This document shows, piece by piece, positions 24,107-36,600 of a DNA stretch of 64,000 nucleotides. Positions within the stretch are counted from its first letter, which is position 1. Each line of letters starts with the position of its first letter. A model generated the notes under the pieces. That model made no database searches and had not been told where the DNA came from. It was given only the letters and a program-made list of their open reading frames with translations. The stretch comes from Chrysomallon squamiferum. Lineage: Eukaryota > Animalia > Mollusca. The position numbers and the translations under genes are program-made. Location: the NCBI GenBank assembly GCA_012295275.1, contig CM022668.1, forward strand, positions 496,001-560,000, given 5' to 3'.

Positions 24107-27100
24107 AATGTTGTATACCCTGTGACTTACATTTAGTTGTACCCAGAAATAATGCTGTTAGTATTATTTTAATTTTTAAAGTAACTTTAACATCATTTGT
24201 TGCAAAAGCAGTGTCTAACTCTAAGGGTTAAATTTAAGCCTTTCATGTAATATGTATAATATGTTTATGAATATTATCACACATCAGTCATCATAATGTC
24301 AGTAGATGTGAAACGCTTGTAAACAATAGTTCAACATGTAACTGGTATTAGTTTAGTAAAAGCTGTGCTAGTTAACTGTTTTATCTCTAGTTTTCAACAG
24401 CCTGTGTGTTTTCTGCATTATTGACAGATATTTTATAAGATCAGTTCTATTTTCATAGGTTTTAACCATTTGAACAATAATGCACATATGGATACATGAC
24501 AGATAACTACATAATAAACAGACAGACAAAATGTCTTAAATGTGTTTATAAATATAACAGTTTAATTTATAATAACTAAGTAAATTTTAAAAACTACAGT
24601 AAAAAGTTTTGAAGAATTTAACAAGATGAAACAATTTGCTATTTAAAAATAATGTTCTATGTAACTAAGTTTAATTGCATACAGCCCTGTTTATCATAGA
24701 TGCACTGTATTGCTGGCTAGAATGGGAAATTATTGAGTAGATTATCAGTGACCAAGTGTCAACCAGTGTTGAGATAGTTGGAGAATGTGTTACATAGCAA
24801 TTGGACATGTTATAAACCTTACAAAAACCATGAAATCACCAGTATGTTGTAATTAATCTTTTATTGCTCTACAGGTTTGCCTCACTTTGATCTCTAGCAT
24901 GACTAGTTTCTTCTTTTTCTCTGTCTTGTGACTTTGTGATCCTTAGACTTAAAAACATCTACATAAGTAACAAGTCTGTTAAAAAAACATTCCATAAAAA
25001 CAACAGCAAAATGAAAAAGAAATATATAAAAGTTTTTAAAAAAGTATGTTTCGTCTTTTTTCTTTGAACATAATAATGAGGTAAAATGTAAATGGTTATG
25101 AGACACGGATGCTACAAGCTTGGTATTGAACAGATCCTGTGAGGAAAAAAAATCTTGTTAATATTATTAAGAATTGACTGTTTTAACTAAACAAATTCTT
25201 TGATGTGTCTTTACCGTACTTATCTATACTCCTTTAATATACCTTCCAGCAGGTATCATAAAATAACAATAATAATAATTTAAAAATGATAATATGACCA
25301 CTCTTCCTTGTTAACACATGTTATGCAGTAATAAAACTAAAGCAGTGACAGTTAATGTTTGGAATGGGATAAGTTCTTTGGTTAGAAAATACAGCTGAAG
25401 AATGATTAGTTGCAAGCTTTTTCTTTCTTAGTGCACAATTCCAGCCAGTGAGAAACAACTGTTTTATCAAAGAATGTGTATTTTCCTGACGCTGGAAAGA
25501 AGCATATAAGAAACAATTCTTATGTTAATCTGTAAGAGTAGACCATGAAATGATAAAAGCAGGTTTTCTCTCTGATATTACCATCTGAAAAAAGTAAAGA
25601 AATTAAAAAAAGAAAAAAGAAAGTAAGAAAGACAACTGAAGAAAAGAGAAGGAAACAATAATATGAAAAATGACATTTTATACCTTATGCTTTGATTGTT
25701 TCCACACATTAACAAATAATAAAAATAAACCCATGTCAGACATAATTGTTTTTTAATGCTGATTGTTAATTGTGACATCATATTGCAAAAGAAAAATGTT
25801 TTCAAATTACTTTATCATCATTTGTTTACTAAATAAAAATTGACTACATCATTATTTATTTCCTATTTGGATGTGCCTGTCCAGCAATATATGATATACT
25901 TTACTGTGCAGTTGCTGTTGATCATATTGGTTTTTAGTGATAGTAACATTAAAATTTTAAACACAAATTTTAAAAATAAATAAATGGAAAAAATTAGTAC
26001 AACAACAATAATTAATGATTGATTAATCAGTTGTTCCTGTTTATTGCACATTTCAGAAGTTCTAATCATAATGGACTTCAAAACAAGGTAACCTTTTAAT
26101 ATTTTTGGTGTCTCTGAACTCTGACCTCTGATATGAAACTATATTACTTAGTGCATGGTAACCTATTGGTTTGAACTCCATTCTTTTTGAGAAAACATTT
26201 ATTCAGTTATCAAAATATAACTATTTTTTGACAAAATAACTCAATCTGTGTTATTTGGTGCAAGGACATACTAATATTTACAAAATATTTTTGTCTGTAC
26301 GACTCATGGGTTTTATTACAAATACATTTATCATTTATTGCCGTAAATAGACTTTGTTTCCATCAGTAAGTGGTAAGTAATGAATTTTACTTGCTGTTTT
26401 TGAGAAATGTACAATGTCTAGAATCACTGTGACTGTTACTGTAAATGTAATTAATCTTAAGTCAGTGTACCTTGATCTGTAAACTGCAGTTGTGTTACTT
26501 TAAGTAAGTAACCAGTTTTTGAGAAATGATCATCTGATCAGAACCACTGTGACTGTGTTAGTGTTGTACAAATTCCATTATCTTCACTGATGTCAGTGAA
26601 CTTTGACCTGTGACCTGAAACCATGTCACTTGGTATATGGTAACCCTTTTGATCAGTCTAGTATGTTGGTGAAATGTTAAGAATCAGTGAACTATGACAG
26701 TCCAGATTATTAATCTCTCATGACAGGTATTAATGAACTGGCTTCCTTTTGACAGCAGTCTTATTACATCAGTAATCAAGGGGCTTCCAGCAAGATTGTG
26801 CAGTTCTGTTGGTATATCATGTGAAAGTATCATAGTTAATGATTGGAGGGGAAAGAATGTCACCCATGGATTTTTAATATATCTAGTACAGTGGGTATGT
26901 CACATTATGCAATCCCTGTAATATATAAAATCACTGTAGCTGAAAATAAAAAGTTTAAAATGGTAATACAAAGTAATATCATTGCCATTTTTACCATTTT
27001 AGTTCTATTCTTAAAGTATTTCAGTTTCTGAACTATTAAAAAGATTTTATTTAATAATGTACTGAGCACATTTTAAAATCTTATGGCTCTTACATAGGCC

Positions 27101-28209
27101 TATGGCTAAGGCTTAATACATAATAAAAGATAGTAAATCTACAGTTAGACAAGCTATTCTTTTTTTATTAGGAAGGCAAAGAGATTTTAAATTTATATGC
27201 AGAAATATAAAATTACTCACGACAACTGGAAACTCATGGAAATTTCCTATCTTTGAATGATTGCTGCAGGCTTTGTTACGATACAGTGGTCATGGGTAGG
27301 ATATGGCAATTTCACTGTGACTGCTTGTACTGCTCTTGTGTCCATATTTCCTTACATTTATCTTTCTAATTTAAAGTCAGACAGTGTGGGTTGAAGTAGG
27401 ATTTGGTGATTTGTTGGTATTCTTTTTTGGTATATTAAGATTTAATTACAAGAATGAAATTGTATGATTTTTTTTTGGTCCTGTGGTTATGTTAACATGT
27501 ATGGGTAGTGGGCTGCTGCAGTTTCTTGTAGTAAAAAAGAGCAATAATAAAAGGAAAGAAAGGTAAAAATCAATTTAAAAAATGTATACATAAATAAATA
27601 AAAAAATAATTATAATAAAGAAGAAATCATTGCATGTTACACATTTTATTAAAACAAAATTCCATTCTAAAAATAAAATAAAAGAAATGATTGAAAATAT
27701 ATAATACATTTTTGTAATTACACATGAAGGAAATCTGTGTGTGATACTTTAAACAGTAGACATTATTGTATTACTCCAGGTGTGTAATACATACTTTTGT
27801 GACACCTGATATATGATGTTTTACGTGTTACAGGGCTAGCCAAGGTAAGATGTGATTTGTAAAAACTTAAGCCCATTCTCCACCATTACAGATATTGAAC
27901 GTAGGTGTGTATCTGTGATCTATCTCAGTGTTTCTGCCTGCTTTGTATGTGTGTTTGTGCATGTATAAGTACATGTAGATGGTGCATATTACATGTGGAT
28001 AAGATATGTCTGTTGTCAATGTTTATGGCATGTTAAATACATTTGTATTCAGTGTCTGCATGTTAATGAATGATTATTAATGTGTGTATAATTGGTGCAA
28101 TATTATGTGTGACATTGTAAATATATATGTATTTGATATTTTATATGTATATCCTGTAAAACATAAAACTGAACTTCATAACTTAGTACCATTTAAAGTC
28201 CACAGTTGA

Positions 28210-28630
28210 AGTTTCACTAGAGAAATCACTCACTAATACTTCACTCACCAAGTACTGATTTTACTAATATTTTTCATTAAGTACATTATTAGTACAAATT
28301 TTGTTAAACACTTTATTCAATGTGGATTTCACTGAACACTTCTTACATCATTAAATAGATTTCAATGATTACTTTAGTTAATAAATATTTTGCTAAACAT
28401 TTTACTCTACAGAATTTGCTGATCACTACGTACCTTAGTACCTATTTCAGTCAGATCAGATTTCATTACACTTCACTAAGTACTGATTTTCCTAACTTAA
28501 TTATTCTGTATAGATTTCCCTGAAAATGTAACTCAGGACAGATTTCACTGAACAATTTACTCAGCACATGTTTCACTAAATAATTTATTCTATGCCAATT
28601 TTGCTTAACTCTTTACCCAACATATGTTTA
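28210..28630. repeat. Highly degenerate minisatellite (..ATTTCACTGAA.. / ..TTTACTCAG.. units)
   Basis: Recurrent tttcact / ttactc motifs at roughly 25-30 bp spacing. Confidence 0.5.
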
Positions 28631-29434
28631 AGATTCTTATCAAGTATTGTTCATTACTGTCTGCTTCAAAAAGTTGAGCTTATTTGTCATGTTCATTGAT
28701 AAAATGTTTGTAATGAGATAAAATGAAAATTGAATTATTTTAACAATGATAGTTTGCTGACCTAGATGTAAGAAATACAGTTTGCTATCATTAAATTGAA
28801 AAACAAATAAAATCCATTCTAACATTATTTATTGTTCTAATATGAGTGTTATAACAAAAGAAAAGCATTGCTTAAAAAAAAAAAAAAAAAAAAAATTGTT
28901 TTTGGTGTGAGTGTTTGTGTGTGTGTGTGTATCTGTGCCCGTGCACAAATAAATGATGATGATGATAATAATTAGATGGTAAACATGACTGAGGTTTTCA
29001 ATAAGCTCTAAAAATAGAACAGTAATAACAACAACAATATAATCCCAGCGTTAATATATTTAATCTTCTTTATATATTTGTTTAAACTTAATCTATCATA
29101 AATTACCAATGCTCATCATATTTTGTTTTCAGTTAAATAAATAACTATTTATATATGTGTTCACATTGCATGGTGTCTGACAACCAAGGATATTTGATCA
29201 AAGTATTAAGCTCATCAACATTTTGTTTGTGATACTATGTGATAATATTTCATGTTCAATTAGAAATAAGTTAACATATCTTTGACATCACCATTTATAA
29301 ATCACTCAGTTGATCATGTTGGCTTCTGATAATCTTATATGTGTAATATTCAGTGTATGTACCAAAATGTCTGTAAATCTAGTGTGTGTATAATAGTGTG
29401 TATAATTATGTGTATTACAATGTGTATTATGCTA

Positions 29435-30133
29435 CTGTGAGATCTCAGACCAGACATTCTGGCTATGTGGTAATAAGTCGTTGATTGGTGGCGGACTTCT
29501 TAGGGCCATACACCCATAATTACATTTCAGACCTTCACTATGATGTTAAGACAAAGCTTGTTAACCATCTCATGGATTTATGGATGTGGTGACAAATTAA
29601 AAGTAACATAAACCCCATACTTATTGTCACAGTTTATTCACAATTTACAAATCAAATGTAAAGATCTACAATGCACGTATTTTTATCAAGTATTTCATAG
29701 ATACACATAAACAAGTGCAGACGTAGAAACAAGCATCAATCTCTGTAAAATGTCTAGTCAACTGCAAGCAAAATGCTGGGGAATTGACCTTTCATTAAAA
29801 TCCAAAATTAATTTAATACAGGATTCCGAATCTGTACCCAAACTAAAATCAGAGACAGTTAGCTATGAAATTTGGAATCAGCACATTGACATTATTAGAT
29901 ATTTTAAAGAAAAAGAACAAATATTATTCTCAATATGAAAAGAAAGTGAGTGGTGGGAAAATGAGATGTAAAATAGCATGCAAGTATGATGATGTGAATG
30001 AACTCACGTGGGAAATAACTTGAATGAATGAGTTTCTAAATTTATGCCAATAGAGAATCTTTTAAAAACCTGATCCTGTTGAAACCAGACATTTTTAAGG
30101 TACCATGGTGATCCAATTTTGCCAGTTCCATTG
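29435..30133 (+). mobile_element. Decayed pogo/Tigger-like element of a different family
   Basis: Frameshifted CENP-B-type HTH remnant DLSLKSKINLIQDSESVPKLK / RQLAMKFGIST / DILKKK; degenerate TA-flanked ends, boundaries approximate. Confidence 0.6.
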
Positions 30134-31551
30134 TATATATAGACTATAGGCACCACAGTGTATATATAATAGATTTTCTATGTACCACAGAGTGTATTTA
30201 AAGTATAATAATAAATTTTTGATCAGAATAGTATTATGTATAATATATGGTATATGTTCCGTAGTGTATGTGTGTCTATGTTTGTTATGTATGTATCATA
30301 GAGTAGGCCCTATATAATGATCATCAAATATACTTGGAGAGAGAGAATGTACAGTATGTGTGTAAAGTATAAACATGAAAAACATGAATGTTGTTTATAA
30401 GTAGTTAATCATCTGACACATACATCATCAGACTGTTAGACACACAGACACATTTTCTCAGTCACTGAACATTTTTCTTTAACTTTGATCTTAGTAATTC
30501 TGCTTTAGTCATTATCACATAACTGAACATGAAGATATGACTTGAAAACATGATTCAGAGTATTTATAATAGATATCGTAGTTATCAGTGACTGTCTTAA
30601 ATATTTATAATCTTGCTTTGCAGAAGAAATGTTTCATACACACAGATATGGATTAATATAGTGTATTTTCTTATGATTTTTTATGATTTGTCAATGACAG
30701 TAACAAACACTTAGTGTGGTTTTGTTATTTATTTTTACACATCAGAGTCTAGACACTATCCTTTTTACCTATCTAAATATATTTAACTTTACCAGTATGT
30801 GTATATTAACATTTTATTGCAGGCACTAGAATCTTACAATTTGTGTAATTAATAAAAAATAGAACAAATTTTAAAATTTATTTCCTTAAATAATTGTTAA
30901 TTTATTAATTCATTTATACATTTATTTACTATATGATATATTTTTTTGCAGGTGTTTTGTACAAAAGGAAGTAAGAAATAGGAATGACATAGAAATGGAT
31001 GTATGGAACATTTTCAGTCAGTTGCTGTTCTTGTTTTGACTGTAGTATCAACTAGAAACACACATCATCAACAATGTGACCGTTGACATCTGACCTCTTT
31101 TATCCCAATCCTTTTTTGTTGTTTTCTATACTTATTATTTTCTGTTGTCATAGAAACCATATCACCTCAACTCATTAACAGCACACCTTATTTATAATTT
31201 ATTTTTATTTTTACTTAATATTACAAAAAGAAATTTAAAAACTAATGTGTTCACATGATTTCTCTGCATTTAGTAAAACTGTCTTCATTTAAGGTCACAA
31301 ATAGATTCTGAATTATGGAATATTCACTTATAGTCCTGTTATTTTCAAGTTTTGTTATTGATTTGGTCTAGTTTGATGTGGTTATCTCAATGTTTTTGTC
31401 AATGACTCATTCTGTTGTGAAAGAGAAATCTGCATGGTCTCACTTTTTTTTATGCAGACTCAGTCTGTTATGATCGTAACAAACACTTTTTTGTAAATTT
31501 GTCTGTGCCAGTTTTGTTGTGGACTCAGTATGTTTTATCAGTGACTTATAA

Positions 31552-33623
31552 ATGGATGCAGCAGCTGGTAATATAAAAGACACCCGCCAAGACGTACTAC
31601 TGTCAAGCCGGTCACGAAGTGGTAGCTACAAACTGGAAGACCAGGAAAATCATCCACCAGATGGTAACACTGATGTTGATGGGTCAGAGGTGGGTGTCAG
31701 ACCTCGAAGACTTGGCAGCAATGTTCACAAAATGAGAGAAATGTTTCAGGCGGGTATTGTGTCAGGACAAACAGATGGGAAAAAACCTGTCTCAAAATCA
31801 CAAAATCCCCCAGTGACACTAGTACCTCCATTTATTTCATCATCAAGGACTAAAGATTTTAAACCCACTACTGGAGTGGGTGGGGTGGGTGTTTCGACAA
31901 CTGGAGGAAGAGCACATAATTCAAATCATTCTGAAAATGATACAATGGACAGATCTCCAGACATGAAACGGAAAAAAGTGTCTGACAGCATTCCAAAAGT
32001 TTCCCGGATTAAAGACGGCTTGCCTAATCCTATTGAATCAGGCTGTAGTCTTCTTGAAGCTACAAATCATGTTCAGAGATTTAACTATACCAGAATGATG
32101 TTTGCTAGAATGGAAGAAGAAACCAGATTACGTGAAGAACAAGAACGAAAAATTCGGGCCCGAAAACATTCTCCAATTCGTTTTAACATTTCGCCGGTGC
32201 TCTCCCCTGTCAGTAGTTCCCCTGTGTCACCAACATCAGTGAAGTCGTTTGATCAGGCCATCCAACAGAGGACACATTCAACTGAAAAAGATAATTGGTG
32301 TGGAATCAATGAGAGGTATTCAAGATCTAGTTCACTGGATCAATCTTCAGCTGATCAAAGTCCAATCAGTCCAAGATTGGAGTGTGAGGATTCATTGGAT
32401 GCACAAACAACAGAATCAAAGAGGGTGTCAGATGGTTTTTCTAACAAAGGACAACCACCACCATACAACATCACAGCTAGTGGGTTGGCATGGCAACGGG
32501 GAATGGAGCTTGACAAGCAGTTCGAGAATTTAGAAAACATTCCTGCTGATAAACCAGAGACTGTTTCAGATAGGAAAAGTAGTTCTAGTGAGGTCAATTC
32601 CCGTCAGTCACGGTCAAGGACTCGACCTCTGGTATCAGAAAAGCCTGATTTGTCTGTTAAATCAGGTTATTGCTCATACAATCAAAAGTCTCAAAATAAC
32701 CAGATTATTTCTGATACACATTCCATTAATAGTTCTGTTACTCTCAAACATGTTTCTAGTGATGCAGGATCATCATCAACTATAGATGTAGGACACATCA
32801 ATACCAGTGTTGCTACTTCTGCTGAATTGGAAGCAACACATAATGACAAAAATAAAGTTGATGAAGACAGCCTTTCTGATGTAGATTTATCAACTGTGAT
32901 GATGAGGCCAAAGACTACAAGAAGTGATAGAAGTGATGAATCGGTTCGTTTGAGGCCTAAAAAGATTCATCTCAAAGATGGAAGCAAGAGACTGAGTCGT
33001 GAAGAAATTGATTCGGCACTGGAACGAGCTAATGCCTACTTAAACCAACTTAACACTGAGGACAGCCATGCCAGGCGACGGTCTTGGGAAGTGAAACACA
33101 AATGTGAAGAACTTAAAAGACAGTCTTTGGATTTAAAAGATTCTGCAGTTCAAAACTCGGCTATTCCAGACCTGACTAAAGACTTGTTGAATCGTGATGA
33201 TGAATCATTTGTAACTGCTGAGACACACAGTATACAAACATCTGTCAGTGATGCTGTAGTGACAAGCAATGCCTTTATGAGACTTTCTACCTCTTCCAAC
33301 TCCACTAATGAGGATGACAGTGACTTCACCGAAGTTGATACAGCTGTTCTTGTCACATCCACCCATCCCACACCCATTCCAAGACGGTCAGCCCCACCAC
33401 CACCTGCAAAACCACCAAGTGTTACCCGCCCCAGTGCTCCTCCCCCACCAGCACCAGCACCTATTCCAGGCTTGTCAGAAGGTGTTGGTGAACACAAAGA
33501 TGATGACGCAAACTGTGTGGCATCATTTGGAAGCTTAGGATCAGCATCATCAGACTTCATGGCAGGATCAGCTTCATCAGACTTTGAATTCATTCCACCT
33601 GATGAGCTTTTTGATGAACAAAG
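31552..33623 (+). CDS. PPP1R9A: Neurabin large N-terminal exon (acceptor probably at 30951/30952, about 600 nt of 5' UTR)
   Basis: 690-codon open frame; [32 protein letters not shown], Pro-rich segment; donor AAG|GTAAGA in phase 2. Confidence 0.85.
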
Positions 33624-36600
33624 GTAAGACAGTTTTTTTAAATTTTATTTAATACTGTTCATTTGTATGACTGGTAAACTTGTGTAAACTTGTCACTTTA
33701 CATGTTTTGGGGTTGCTTTTTTTTTGTGTGTTTGTACTTAGGTTTACATGCCACTGACAAAATGATCATTGAGAAATAAATACCAGCTGAAAGTAGGATT
33801 TATACAAATTAAAACAGTTAGTAGGATGCTTTGTTGTGTCAGTTGTTAAAAAAAAGACGAGAAAAAATATTTTAATTAATTAGTCTGAAGTTAAATGAAT
33901 AATTTATAAACAAAAAAGATATTTATATCCTGCTTTTTTGAAGAAATACAGTAGTTATACACATCATTATAACAGTCATGGGATGCGTAGATATTTGTAA
34001 CTCCTTATCTATAATGTTAATTTTTGTTGTATTCAGATTATCATTATGTAACTAATTTATTTTAATTAGTTTTCGGTCACATCTGCCTATTTTATTATAA
34101 CCACCAATTTTTCAAATCCATGAAATTGTTTTAAAAGGACTGGCATTTTGTAATTACAAAAAAACAACAAAAAAACTAAAGGGTCATTCCATGTCAAATC
34201 ACCCAATGGGTTAAACCCGACCGTCTCAGATTTTGATAAAACTTGGTATACTTGTTGACTGGGATCCCACAGCACCAATCTTCATAAAATTGGTTTTGTT
34301 GAAAAGACAATATAACAAGGATTCCAAATCTGCCATTTTTGACCTTTGCTATGACCTTGAAATTAACTGTGTGGATCACGTGACCATGAGATGACCTTTA
34401 TTGAAATTTAATCTCCCACATGTTAACTAAAACATAGAAAAGTTTCCTGGGTGTAATATTTTTTGCTTAGCCACAATATAGATTTAAAAAATGCAAGTCC
34501 ATGAAAATAACATCTTTTCAGCCATTAACAGCTGATTAACTAAAACCTGAATGATCAATTATGGATGCTAGGAATCACCATCTTTGTTGATCATCGAGTA
34601 AAACATTGTAGGCCTACATGTATGCATAAAGTTCACATAAATTTGAGTAGGTGTTTCTGATGCTTAACCTTCTCACCATCTTTGTTTTAAATGCTCACTG
34701 TATCCTTCATTCCCTGACATATTCTACTATTCTCATCACTTTCATAAAATTGGATTATTTTCTCCTTCAATTCATTTGACAGAACTTTCCCTTGTTTCTT
34801 ATCACAGAGGGATATAATCACTTTGGCAGATTTGGAATCCTTGTTATATTGCCTTTTCAACAATACCAATTTTATGAAGATTGGCCCAGTAGTTCCTGAG
34901 ATATGAGGGTTCTAAGGTTGGTGGTCACGCCCATTTTTGCCAGATTTGGTGCTGTGGGATCCCAGTCAACAAGTATACCAAGTTTCATAAAAATCTGAGA
35001 GGGTTGGGTTTAAATTTTATTTTTTGGGGGGTGATTTGACATGGAATGACCCTAAAACTAAAAGAGTGAAAAGTGGAGAACTGTTTGTGAATGGCATTTT
35101 CTTTCTGGATGAGCATGGTAAGTCATTGTTTGTTCTTATATTGATAGGGTGTAATAATTAACCTGTGTCAGTAACCACTTCTGTATTTAAATTCTAACTT
35201 GTTTAGTCTGCCCTTCATGTAGGTTCATATTTTTATATTGGTTCCTCTTGTGATATTAGCTCACATCATCATTAGAAAAAAGATATTCAAATATATGTTT
35301 TATATATTGTTTTGTCGCATATTATCATTTGATTCATAATTAAATCATTAATGTACCTTAACTTGTGTTGTGAATATTTCTCTAATAGATAGATAAGGTG
35401 ATTGCTGTCAATTTAGATTTTAAATTTCTAGTCAGCTGGCCATTAAATCAGTTTGTCAATCTAGACTGAGCCTTTGTAAAACATTCAAGGTGTTTGATGA
35501 CACTAAACTGATGGAAAAATGTGTTACCAGTTTTACAGTATTACAATTACACGTCCTGAGTAATACTTTTTTTGCTGTGTTCATAGTTTCATCTCACTGT
35601 TATAAATTTTACAGTATTATAGTTACCTGTCCTGAGTTGTCTCTTTTGACATTCTGTGTTCACAGTTAAATCTCTCTGTTTTATCCTGTTTTTGTTATTC
35701 TTCTTCAGCTTCTCTCTTTCTCTTTCACTCCCATTTTACCTATCTTATGCTTATCATATTCACAGTAATCATTTTCATCTGCACATCCAAAAATCTAAAA
35801 AATAAAAAATAAAAAAATCCTGCACATAATTAGTTTATTCTTTCAACTATTTTATCCTATACTTATTTTACTTCTTTTTTGCTCAGGCTTTCTAATCATA
35901 CAAAAACGGTTATATGTACAGACTTACAAGCAAGCCAATTCTTTCTTCACTATAACCTATAATATAATACTGTTTATAAACACAGTATGTATTTTCTGTA
36001 TTATACAGTTATTATATTTAATTTTAAACTTTCTTTTTTTTGTGATTAAATACTTGAAAGTTTATTAAATCTCATCTTGTCAGAGTGCATATCTCCTGTA
36101 TCTCCTATGCTATTAAAGTGTTAAACTTAATTCAATACTCATTCTGTTTATAAAGGTAAGTATTAGATCATCAAAATTTAAATAGTGTATAATCTTAAAA
36201 ACATTTTAAAGACTCATATATATATATACACACATTCACACACACACACACAAACCTAAATACAAATATATATAGAATCGATGCTTATTTAATGATGTTA
36301 ATAAACATGCTTGTAAATACACATGCAAATACACACACAGACACATACACCTCTATACAAGCACCCACATCCATACACTTACACACCCACGTATAGATAA
36401 AGAAAAAATGTATTATGATAAATAAAAATTATTTAAAAATAGTAATATAATAACTGTTACAGTTTAAAAATAATATCCACTTCAGTTACAAAATATTATT
36501 AACATTAGAAATATAAGTAAATAAATAAATACCACAAAATACACAACCATGGCTGATTTTCCATGCTCTGTAAAACCCTTTCTGTAGTCATATTCAAGTT

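Noticed and set aside
33150-33593. 147-aa Gly-rich antisense ORF
   Set aside because: Mirror of the Pro/Ser-rich codons of the neurabin exon
31552-33627. 691-aa ORF as a standalone intronless gene
   Set aside because: Its stop lies inside a consensus donor (AG|GTAAG), the phase matches exon 50408 and it carries a neurabin N-terminal motif
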